Part shown: in pieces, positions 52,932 through 64,000 of the stretch
Numbering within the stretch: the stretch's first letter is position 1
How the letters are laid out: each line of letters begins with the position of its first letter
NCBI RefSeq assembly: GCF_000497125.1
Contig: NC_090599.1
Span: 1,054,001-1,118,000 of the forward strand
Origin: Spironucleus salmonicida
Taxonomy: Eukaryota
DNA: 64,000 nt
Direction of reading: 5' to 3'
Notes under the pieces: generated by a model
Told to the model about the DNA's origin: nothing
The model's input: only the letters and a program-made list of their open reading frames with translations
The model's database searches: none
Position numbers and translations under genes: made by a program

Positions 52932-53456
52932 TTTTATTTTTAATATATTAGTGTATAATAATTTTATTACGTTATTGGAAAATATATATTGCTGTTGAAT
53001 AAAACGAATCTACTGTAAATAAGGGTTAAAATATTATAACTCCATATAATGACTAAATATGTATTCTCTGATTTTAAATTTTTAGTAAATTAACAGTATA
53101 AAATGTAACTTATCAAATATTATATAAGCTACTATTACTAATAATATAAAAAATACAAATAAAAACTAATTAAATACCATAACTACTTTAGTTTATCCAA
53201 TATTTAGTAGTAGAGGAAATATAGCATTATTATATACATAAATTAATATGAGCAACCTATTCTCGTAATTTGGTTTTAAAATAAATTATCCCTCCATATT
53301 ACTAACCAAAAAATTACAAATAGATATACTATACACTAGCACCATATTGTACAAACGAGCAATTATAACAGTAACCGACCCTCCACCCACTTAAAATGAA
53401 ATTATTTGCAATATATTATTATAAATATTTTTCTCGCTCCACCACCCGCTTCTAAA

Positions 53457-54788
53457 ATGAAGCAGAACAAAAACTATCGTTTTACGAAAATTAACAGGAA
53501 ATCGGTAACAAAAACGACCGCCCCCGATGCGCGTTTTGCTTATGAAGAACCTGCAGCGATCCAAGAATCCCCAGAACCATCGCAGCTTGAACCATTGCCA
53601 GAAGAGCAGGCACCGCCGGAATAGGCCTACACAGACTCCAGCTCTTGTTTTTTAGCCATATTAAACGCCAATTGGGATGCGTTTACCGCGAGTGACGCTC
53701 TTGTGCTGGCAAACTCGTTTGTCCCCCAGAATGCGAAGGTCGAGAACGCTACGGTATACTATAGCGCCTACGGCACTCGCCAAATGGAGCTAGAACGCGA
53801 ACGCGGCCCATAGTTGGACGTCGAGGGCGCGCTTCTACGGCTCGCAAAAAGCGATCCAATCCTGCACGCGAGATTATCGAAGGCCGGCCTAGAAAACTGC
53901 AAAGCGCTGCTAGAATCCGACGCACAGCTGTAGCAGAAGGCTGCGGAGGCCGCCGTGCACCGCTACGAGCTCTAAAAGCTCAGATACTGCTTCTGCGTGC
54001 TCGAGTTCAGCACTCCAAATGCGTGCAGTGCGTGCTTCGCAGCACTACACAACGCAGAAATCGGTGCGGACGGATGTGTGCTCGAGTGCCAAATCGTACA
54101 CGAGGAGGATATGACCACCGTGCGCGCCATGACGGTGCGCGACTCAAGCGCAGCAGTCCCTACGAGCTACCGGTTTGCAGGTGGAGCCGAAGCCGGCTTC
54201 GGGAAGGCCCGTCCGGTGCTCACTTGGGAGGTCGATGCGCGGCGCGAAAAAGTGCTTAGGAAAAAGGTCAGTTCGAAGGAGCTAGATGAAATGGAGGAAC
54301 GAGGTGTTTTCGACGATTTTTTGAATTGCGATGGCGCCGAGGAAATTTGGGAAGGGGAGGAACAAGAAGAAGTGGAAAGTGAAAATGAAAGTGAAAAAAA
54401 TCAGTCTGCACAAAACGAAATTGAGCAGAAAATGAAAGTGCTGATGCAAAATAAGACGACAGAGCAGACACCGTTTTAGAAATTTTTGCAGGAGAAAGGA
54501 AGGGCCACAAAGCAGGAGCGCGGTGACGTGAATTTGTAGTTCCGGCGCCAGGGGGCGGAAGTGTTGATTCAGGACGTTAAAATTGACACCAGGAAGCAGA
54601 AGCAGTTCAGGAGGCTGAAGCGGGCCGTCGAGGACGCGCAAGACGTGAAGGCGAGAGATTTCGCGGTTAAGCAGTTTTAAAAGTTTTCTAGGGATAATCC
54701 TGACGTCGACGGGGCCGAGAAACCGGCTATTCAGGCCGATTTGGATGACGACAGATTTGATTTTCAGGGCAAAGATGACGAGAAGTGA
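53457..54788 (+). CDS. ESF1: Pre-rRNA processing protein ESF1, 443 aa
   Basis: DARF, AILNANWD..TASD..VLANSFVP, RYELQKLRYCFCVLEF, LTWE, acidic tail. Confidence 0.85.
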
Positions 54789-54903
54789 AGGTATTTTTTG
54801 GTTATTAGAGTATAATAATGTGCTGTACGGTAAATTTGCTTAAATAAATCAACAAAAAATAACATATTATTATATAGTATAAGGAAGATTGAGTAATTAA
54901 TAA

Positions 54904-56286
54904 ATGCTTGCTGTTTTAGCATTACCTGTTTATTCATAGTTTATCGCAAACATCACTTATAGTATCCCATATGCAAATAATACATAGTATGCTACTGTTT
55001 ACTAGGGCAGCTAATCTTAGCGTTATTAGTGGTATAATGATGACAAAATTATTGATATCAATGTTATTTACTCTGATTCTTACAAGTATTTAAGAACAGA
55101 GAATGACAAGTAGTCCTGCTATTATTATAAAGGAGGTGAAAAGGTTGATTTCGTACCTATGCCTAGTAGTAACTGGAAAGATCTAGGTAAGATTAGTCTT
55201 ATGGGAATGTAGGTAAACCATTTCCAGCTTGTAGGATTCGACAATGAAAGACGGTTCGAATAAAATTTTTACACAAAAACTGATGAAATGAAAACACCTA
55301 TTCGCTGGGAAATGTATTCTATTTCAAATTTCCATTCTCATTATGATATTTATATAATCGAATATAATACTTTTGATTTAGTTGCTCCACTTGATAACAT
55401 CTTCGATATCCCTGAAGTAATTAACGGTGTATAAATTTCACGTGCATGCGATCTTAAGCCATAAGATGAAAGTACACCTGCTGGGCCTACTTATTTCAAT
55501 AACTTTAAAATTTAACCAAAGATTGCATCCAGAAAATCAGCTAATCATAGAAATGATTTTTACGAAGTTTCTGAAAATTTGCCTAAAACTCTTGATTGGA
55601 GAGTTTCTGGTGTAGTTGGGTCTATTTAAGATTAAGTTTTCTGCGGATCATGCTGGGCATTTTCAGCTACTGCTACTTTAGAGTCCAGAATAAATGTATA
55701 ATTATTGAAAACTAAATAGGCCGACAAACCTTTTATTACAGTTTCCCCTTAGTAAGTAGTTGACTGCTATTGGAACTTTACTGGTGATATCCTAACATAA
55801 TCTACTGGTTGTGAAGGTGGTGATGAAAATGCAGTACTAGCTTTTTGGGCTTAAAAGAAATAAATGTTCATTACAGAAGAGAAAAACTACCCATACATAG
55901 GATAAAACGATTTTTGCAAAGAAAACGAGAGTAATATGTCTGTTAATATAATTGAATATAAGACTGTACCAGCTAATGATGTTTAAGCATTAAAAACTGC
56001 TTTATTAAACGGGCCAGTTTCAGTAGGTATCAGTGTTACCAAATCCCTTTTGTCATACTAAGGTGGTGTATATAGAGACGAAAATTGTTCCTCTAATCCA
56101 GAAGATATCTCTCATGCTGTTAATGTAGTTGGATGGGGAGTTTCTGAAATTTTCGAAGAATATTGGATTGTGAGAAATAGCTGGAGTCCTAGATGGGGAG
56201 ATAATGGCTACATTTATATCGCAATTGCTGGTAATATCTGTAGTGTTATGAGCATTGCGGCATACGTTGATATCTCATTGAATTGA
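54904..56286 (+). CDS. Papain-family (C1A) cysteine protease with 26/29-kDa-proteinase-like N-terminal domain, 460 aa
   Basis: LPKTLDWR, QDQVFCGSCWAF, GCEGG, SHAV.VVGWG, WIVRNSW; N-terminal PIRWEM....HSHYDIY. Confidence 0.93.
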
Positions 56287-56510
56287 TTCACCTTTGTGTA
56301 ATAGTTTTATATGTATATGTTAGTTTTATTAGTAACAATTATATGTACTTTTATATTCAATATTTTATATATTAAAAGTATAATATAATTACAGTAAAAT
56401 TAGCACCGAATTTAATCTATTTTATATAGTATTAATACTATTTATTATTGCAACAGGTATTAATTTATACATATGAATTACTATAATATAACTTATATAT
56501 ATTGGTAAAA

Positions 56511-56726
56511 ATGACATAAAAAGACAGATAGGGTTAGATTAAATAGATAGAGCAATTTCGTGCGATGACTTTGATTACATAAATACGAGATTTATAAGAG
56601 GAATTATATAAGCTGAAATAAATTAAATAGAGAATATAGCCAGTTAATTAACAAAAATTATTCAATGAGACATCACTCATAAAGCGATCACGATCGTCAC
56701 CATATAGATAGAAAACTAGAAAATGA
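56511..56726 (+). CDS. Small basic coiled-coil hypothetical protein, 71 aa
   Basis: ATG..TGA open in code 6. Confidence 0.4.
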
Positions 56727-56761
56727 ATTAAAACTATTGCTTATATTATTAAATTTTCACT

Positions 56762-57478
56762 TCAGAATGTACTACCTATTGAATGTCTACCACTAAGTGT
56801 ATAAGATGGTGCTTACTTTTAATTTATTTTTGTTTCAATATTATATTAACCAACACCAGGACTTTTGACCTTCTTTTACCTTTTATTTAATCCATCTTTC
56901 GCAAATGGTCCAGTACCACGTTTGTGCAATGTGTCTAGTTGATATGTAAAAGCACCAGGACCAGGCACAATATTTTACATTTTTGTGGTTTAAAACACTT
57001 ACTTCTATGAAAATTTCATAGAATATCCAGGAGCTCTATTACTGATTGATCGAACCGCTTCTTATGTTGAGTATTAGCTTGGTCCTGGTGAAGGTTATTT
57101 TTTAGGTTCTATATACCTTCCAGAAATTGTTGATCCGGTACGTGATAATGATGAATACTCAGTATTATAACTACCAGGACCAACTTTAATTGAATTTTTA
57201 GCTATCTCGTCAAAAATAGATCCAGATGTTTTAGGTCGCACAGAATATGCAGCTGCTGATTTAGTGATCAAAGAAGATGCTGATTATGTGTTATAACTAG
57301 ATGGTCCAGGTCCAATTGCTGATTTTAGCTCTCTCGCTCTGAATGACATTACCGAACCACTTGATGATAAGGATGATCTATTAGTCTCATATGCACCTGG
57401 GCCAGGTGCTCTGAATTACACATTATCAAACATAGTTCCGGTTTTTGATAGTGACGATGGTGTTAAGCGTGCTGACAT
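56762..57478 (-). CDS. SHIPPO-repeat (ODF3/STPG-like) axonemal protein, 238 aa
   Basis: Repeated PGPGAY, GPGPSSY, GPGSY, PGPSQY, PGPGAF, PGVGQY. Confidence 0.85.
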
Positions 57479-57614
57479 TAAAACCATTACTATATTCTAA
57501 TACATATTACTTACAATTAATATATTGAATATTAAGCAAAGTGAAAATATAGGATATTAATCCGATTATTTATCTGTAAACATAGAACCAGTAAAAAATA
57601 TTATAATTTATAAA

Positions 57615-60600
57615 TCACTTTCTATCTATACCTTTTAGTATTTTTACAGGTACTTTTTTGACCAGAGGGTCTTTCAGGAACGCATGCATGCCATGACTCG
57701 TTTTCTGGCTCATACTAACATCGCACCTGTAGTTGTCACGCTCTCCGGCATTCTTTATTGCGTTGCTCAAAATACGTCTCTTTTCAATCTCAATCTACTT
57801 TTTAGTCTCGTCATACCAGACATACTCATTCTGCACCACCTCATTAAGCGTTTACTACTAAATCCGCAAGCTATTCACCAAATCATCTTACGCCGCATGC
57901 TATCTCATTTTCAAATGCCTTATATCACTTTCCGCTCCATCTTATCCGATCCTAGAGCCCCCAATTTTTTTCAGCTGCTCCAATTAGGCCAGTTTCCCGC
58001 CAAATTTACCACAGCGCTTCTCCAGCTGAATCGCAGCGCCATCGTCCAGCGAAAACTCCTCATCCAGCGAATTGTCGCTCTAGACCTCAAAAATTTCGCC
58101 ATTTTCGACGCACGCCAAATGCCGCAAAGCGTCCGTTTTGAGCTGCGCAACGTCCCCGACGATGAGCTGCTGCGATCCGACCTGGTTGTAGGTCCTCAAA
58201 ATCAGCTTCTGGAGCCGCAGCGCCTTCTAGACGTCCAAATTCGCCAGTTTCTGGTACTCGGAAACGGCGTCTCTGAGCACGTTTTTAGGCCGCGCGGACT
58301 CCTGGAAATCGAGGAAAAACTGCTCTTTCGGGTCCAGGAAAACGCGGCCGCAGAACACGTTTCCGCGCTCGAATTTCTGCTTCAAAAACGCGATGTCCTC
58401 GAAGTCCAGAAACGCCGGAAAACGCAATTTCTGGTACCGAATTTTCATCTCAAAAACAGACAACTGATATAACGATTTTGCGATTTTTTCCGCTTCAATT
58501 TCGAAAATTTTGGGCAAAAATTCGTAAAAATTCGACGTTTTTCCGCTGTTTTGGTGGTATTTCAAGAGGTGAATTAGCGGGATAAACGCCGAGGTTTCGG
58601 CGTCGCGCGCGTGCAGAACCAGCGCCGCGCAGAGCGAATACGGCACGATTTTTGACGTTTTTGCGTGCTCCAAAATGCGCAAATTGTACACCTCGGCGTC
58701 CAGCAGCGCCGCCGCCGCCCCGGGGCCCTCCAGGTCGAATTCGCGCTCGCAATCGACGAAAATCGAGCTCGATTTGCAGTAGAAAATGCTGTTTTGGTGG
58801 CTGCTTTCGAGCAAAAAATTTTCGGTCTGAATTGAAATTGAAAGCGATTTTTCGATCCCTCCCTTCTGATATGACGTAATAATGAGTTTTTCGTATGTTT
58901 TCATGGCGTTTTCCTCGTCAAATGAGGCGTTTGGGGGTTTTTCCACCTTCTGGCGCAGGATTTCGGTCGATTTCGTGCTTGCGAATTTCTCGACTTTTTG
59001 CCAGAACTACCGCGATTTGAATAAGATGAAATTGCACGTTTCGATCAATTTCTTGGAGTGTAAATTCGATTTTGAAGATAAAATATGGCCCATTGGAATT
59101 TAAACCTAGTCGTTCTGAAAATGAAATTTCTGGGTCGAGTAGAAATCATAAATTCCTTTCGCATTAAACTGGAGTAAGTAGGACCAAATGAATGAAATTG
59201 GGTAAATGTGCATTTCTTTGATGTCAACTTTTACGCCCTTATCTTCGAGTCTATGGTATAAGTCGTAAACATGTTTTGGGATATTTTTACTGTAAAAATC
59301 AGTGAAAATCTTTTTGAAATAGTGCATAAGGGCTGGCATAAGGAACTATCTATCATAAATATCAACCGTGCAGAAGGTTTTGCTAAATTCATCTTTTGGA
59401 AAGAATTTTGGATCAAAGATTAGGAATACAGAATCTGTAAAAACACCTTGCATTGCTGGCTATATTTATCGTAAAAATGTATAACCAAAATCTGTTACCT
59501 TATCATCCTCTGGTACTATTTATGGAGTTTGACATAGTCTAAAATTTCCACCTAAAATAGTGCCAATTTCGTTTGATAAGTCTTCAAAGTTAATTTCAGA
59601 TTAGTACTATTTCTACAGTTCTTGCAGTTACTATATTTAGCTTTGTATAAAACTAGAGTCTTTAAGTTACTGTTGTGTTAAAACTGTTGTCAGGACATTG
59701 GGTTAATATGCAAAATTAGTTTAATATTGTTTATATACTTGTGGTTTAAATATCGCAGTCTATTTTGCAGTAATAATTTGACTATTATTTGTAAGATTGT
59801 TACTACCAATATTATCCTTAATATCTTCATTTATTAATAAAGAGTTTTTAAATTGTTTCGCTTTTTCTTCTTTTTTCATATCAATAATTTTATCTGTTGA
59901 AGTTGATTTTTTAACTTTAACTGCTACAAATTATCCAGAAATTGGTCTCTTTTTCTTCTATTTTCTAGTTGCAAGCTTAAATGTTGGTATAGACTATTTT
60001 AATTTTTTCACTTTAATATATTTTTTAGGTGCCTGTTTATGTTTTTTAATTTCTTTTTCCAATTATGATTAAATTTACTCTTCAATTTAATTTGCGGCTG
60101 ATGTTATAGCTTGAACTTTTTAAGCATTTTTAATAATGAATGTTGCGCCACCAAGTTACTCTGACGATTCAGACTGTTCTTCATAAGTATATTGAGTAGA
60201 TTCATCATCAATATGTGTAATAGTACATGTTGTATTTTGCGTCGCCTTGGAAGTCTTTGATGTCTAACTTATGGAATCGTCATCTGCATAACTTGCCATT
60301 TTTTTATATTCGTTAGAAACTGATAGATCTTACTGAGTGTTTCTGACTTTAGTTTTAAACAAATTTTTAATGTTTTTAATTTAATCTCCTGCATAATCAT
60401 GCCCAAATGCAACTCCTTACAGATAATTTGATAGAACTAAATAGTCTTGTTCAAAACCAAATTTATTTGCATCAACTTTTTTCAAAGTATCATCATTTAT
60501 TTTTGTTTCTTTATCCGCAAATTTAAACAAATCAGGAAGTTACTCAATAGCTGCTTTTTCTTCTGTTGTTAACACTATAGGAACAAATGGTACTAGTGGG

Positions 60601-62990
60601 ATAAATTTTTCTGGCTTTTAATCTTCATATGAACTTGATTCTGAATTAAGGCTTGAAAATGAATCAACCAAATGTGGGTTAAACGATGAACTTTCTTTTT
60701 AATCTATAATAACCCCTTTGTCATCTATTTCAGATTTATCATCTCTAGAAGAAAGTAAAGGCTACTCATTATCATCTAATAATTTTTTCTAATCTTCAAT
60801 AGGCTCCACTTCATTTGCATCTTAATTTTCAATCTCTTTATTATCTGCATCAGGACTAACTTAAAGTAGTGAGTCTTTGCTTTTATTAATTACGCTATCT
60901 GCTTATTCTATTATATTTTCTTCTATTTATACAAACTGTTTTTCTTTAACAACTTACTAACCACTATCTATCATATTGTTGTTAATTAGTATATTTTCCT
61001 ATTCATCATCATTTGACTAATTGGTTTCAATATGAATATCAGATAATTCAGCATTTTTACTACTTATTTTTGCTTTTTCTTATATCGTAGTCTCTATAGA
61101 TGCTTCTGATTGAAACAAGTTATCAATTTTTTAATTTTCAACCTATTCCCCATAACTTTCTCTCCTAATAATATCATCTTTATTCTCTAAAGTTTCATTT
61201 TAAATCTGTTTAAGACCACGAATTACTTCCCCTGAAATTTCATCGGATTCATCTTATAACTACATTGCTGATTTTTCATCCATCTCATGCAAGTTTTACG
61301 TTGTTTCCTAGCTAATAAGACCTGTGCAAAAATTTTCCTCCTCGATAAACCTTTTCTAGCTAAAAACTGCTTGAGAATGATGTGTTGTATTCAAAAAATC
61401 GAAAAATGGATACTTTTTCTCACGAAAAAACATAGCTGTTTGTTTCAAAATTTTCTAGGTTTTTGCTAACTTCTCCATTCTGAGGCCAATCTTTCTTTCT
61501 TAGCGATCTCTAGCACGTTGCCTGCTATATTCCAGTTGTTATTCTTACAAGTCCGAGTTGGAAATGTAAACTAGTCCTGTGCACAGAAAAAATAATTTCC
61601 CGTCTAGGATTTCCTCTTCTTACAAAACAAGTTTTAAGAATTAAAAATTTTAGAACAACGCCTCAGCCTGCAGGTTTGAGGCTTTTAGTTAAACTGCACG
61701 CTTCTGGTACAATTTTGCTTCTACTAGTAGGAGTGAATTTAGTTAAATTTGATTGAAAATTATCGCAGACTCAACAGGGTCCAATGAAGGTTTTTCTAAT
61801 AATTCTACAACGCTGAATTCGTATTATTATATATATTGGTAAGAATTTTCCAAATTGATACTGACTAAATTATTCCCACTATTATGAATTATAAGTGATG
61901 ATTCTAGGTTAATTGAAATTGGAAGCAATTCTTTGATAAACCCAGACCTCACTCCCTGAATTTCAGTCCTAGTTTAGAGATTTGGATCTGGATGTATCTG
62001 TTGAAAAATAACATGTTTTGAGGATTTGCCAGCAATAAATGCGAATAATTAGTCATTAGATTTTACTGGTAAAATTGACAATATTTAACCTATGTTGAGA
62101 TTAAGTGAAAATAATGGCTGGCGGTTAGTTCCATTATACCCACTACCAATCAAATAAACCTCGAAAAATGAATTTGTATACCCTACTAATAAAAATGGAA
62201 ATAATATCTATACTGCTTAAACTCTGCTCTATGATTATATAATGTATTTTTAAAGGTTCTTATTATAAAAATGTGGATATAGAAAATGATAGTCAATAAC
62301 TTTATCTTCAAACATATGTATAAGAATATTACCGAATACTAGGAATATTTACTGTTCAAATGTTAATATTACAGGTAATTTTCTCTAAAATTGGATAAGT
62401 CTGGTAAGTGTATTATAAATAAATCCTCTTGGCATAAAGCTTCTTGTAAAATAAGCAAACTATTTAAAGGACTTGAACTATAATTAATTAATAAATATTT
62501 ATTAATTACTTGTTAAAAGTATTAAGCTATCTTAATCCCCAAAAACTTGAATTAATTTATTACAGTCTGCAATTTTTTACCCTACTTCAAACTCTTTTGT
62601 AAGTTTAAACAGCTAGTTATTCATATATATAAATTATTAACTTTTAGTTAAAAATGGTTAACCATTAAGTTAAACTTCAATTGTATCCATTGACATAATA
62701 GAATTTTAAAGTCCTATCTAAACCTAATTTACACAATTCCATGATGAAACTTCATACTATTTGCCTGTAAATTTTATTTATTTCTATTCAATAGGTTTTA
62801 ACTATAGTAAATAATCATTATTTTTTACCAATTAAGTTTTTGGCATAATTTTAACTTATTTTCCATAAATAACAAATGGTGTTTCAAACTATTCAACTAC
62901 TTATTATACTTTAAAGATGACATTTTTATGATTATTTCTTAGATATCCTCCTTTAAAGATAGGGAATTAAATTCGATTTTTAGCAAACAT
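57615..62990 (-). CDS. Large hypothetical protein, ~1791 aa, acidic low-complexity middle
   Basis: ATG at 62990 is in frame with ORFs 59339 and 58946 and with the terminal AAGTGA; frame spot-checked, not read codon by codon. Confidence 0.7.
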
Positions 62991-63143
62991 TTTAATTATC
63001 ATCCTTAATAATATATAATATTTTATTTTATTAATAAGATGTTAATATTCAATATAGTTATAATTATGTATAGTAATCAAATAACTTTTACTATAAATAA
63101 TTTTATATGATGCTCTGTAAATAAAGTAAAAATATATTTCACA

Positions 63144-63410
63144 TCAAATTTGTATATTAGTCATAAAATCTATATCAAAAGATACATCCGCTTCAGAATA
63201 GTTAAACTATAGTCTGTGGACTTTCTTAAATGGCTAAAAATCAAATAAACCAGGATCTTCTCTTTTTAGCTTGTAGTATGCATTTCTTATTTATGTCTCT
63301 GACAAATTTTTGAATACATTAATTTTAATATCTTTGAAATTTGTTTAATATATTTTAACTGCATTTGCAAGTTCTTCAATTTTATCGAAACTCCAAATTT
63401 CTTTTGGCAT
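63144..63410 (-). CDS. Myb/SANT-domain protein, 88 aa; AT-rich paralog of 17034-17309
   Basis: MPKEIWSFDKIEELANAV...QIRNAYYKLKREDPGLF...SEAD. Confidence 0.85.
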
Positions 63411-63770
63411 TATTGATGAGAAAGATTTTTAAAACATCTATGATATTATGTTATAAATAAATAAATATTTTGTGGTTTTAACATCTATAGATCTTTACTC
63501 TAACAGTTTATATTATTATAAATATAATGGTTTATTCTTGTCAGAAACTGAAAAGTAGAAACCACAAACAATAACATATTTATATTATTAATATTATTCT
63601 GAGTTTCAACGATATCTTCAAAATTTGCTTGTAATAGAATTGGTTTAATTACTATTAATAGATTTTATTAATATATTAACTTTATTTTTGTAATATACAA
63701 TGAATAAATTAACTATAAATATATAAAGCTGTCTTTATCTACTGCGAAATATATATTTCAGCGAAAAAAA

Positions 63771-63940
63771 TCACATGAATACCATGCGGTGGCTCGGGGC
63801 GAAGACGTGACCCGAAAGTGGCAGGAGTGTCTGGGCTAGGTACCCACTGCCGATGGCCAAGTACCCCAATAGTGTCGCCGCACGTTGGAGTGGACCACGC
63901 AGTGTACACTCCGCGGCTCACATTGGTATGCCCACCATTT
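63771..63940. ncRNA. Candidate structured non-coding RNA
   Basis: GC island with nested stems next to tRNA-Gly; T7 run at the minus-strand 3' end. Confidence 0.4.
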
Positions 63941-63958
63941 CGCAGAAAAGACAAAAGT

Positions 63959-64000
63959 TGCACCGTCCGGGAATCGAACCCAGACCACGTGCATGGCAAG
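63959..64000 (-). tRNA. tRNA-Gly(GCC), 3' half (cut by window end)
   Basis: Minus strand TT-GCC-AT...GGTTCGATTCC..GGTGCA. Confidence 0.9.

Noticed and set aside
57684-58472. 262-aa plus-strand ORF
   Set aside because: Antisense to the large minus-strand gene

Overview
Eukaryotic, intron-free, gene-dense DNA that reads correctly only with TAA/TAG=Gln and TGA as the sole stop (genetic code 6). A C-rich motif just before the ATGs, AGTGA stop contexts and VSP-like cysteine-rich membrane proteins point to a hexamitid diplomonad (Spironucleus/Hexamita-like). The supplied standard-code ORF track breaks most real genes, so CDS coordinates were re-derived by hand. Genes single-copy in this window, mostly AT-rich, include NME7-like, WD40, PP2C, DYRK, RPS8, RPL27A, RPL26, a cytosolic carboxypeptidase, ESF1, a 26/29-kDa-type cathepsin, a SHIPPO-repeat protein and a 1791-aa protein. 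They are interleaved with very GC-rich, near-identical multicopy cassettes carrying Myb genes, hypotheticals and tRNAs. These cassettes form five overlapping or nested inverted repeats, a 2.6-kb direct repeat and a 6183-bp tandem duplication. Highlights: (1) GC content switches inside continuous ORFs at or near repeat edges; (2) AT-rich and GC-rich versions of the same Myb gene coexist; (3) potentially invertible single-copy spacers; (4) microhomology-joined chimeric genes; (5) two candidate structured ncRNAs beside tRNAs, one containing CCCTACCC (a speculative telomerase-RNA template).
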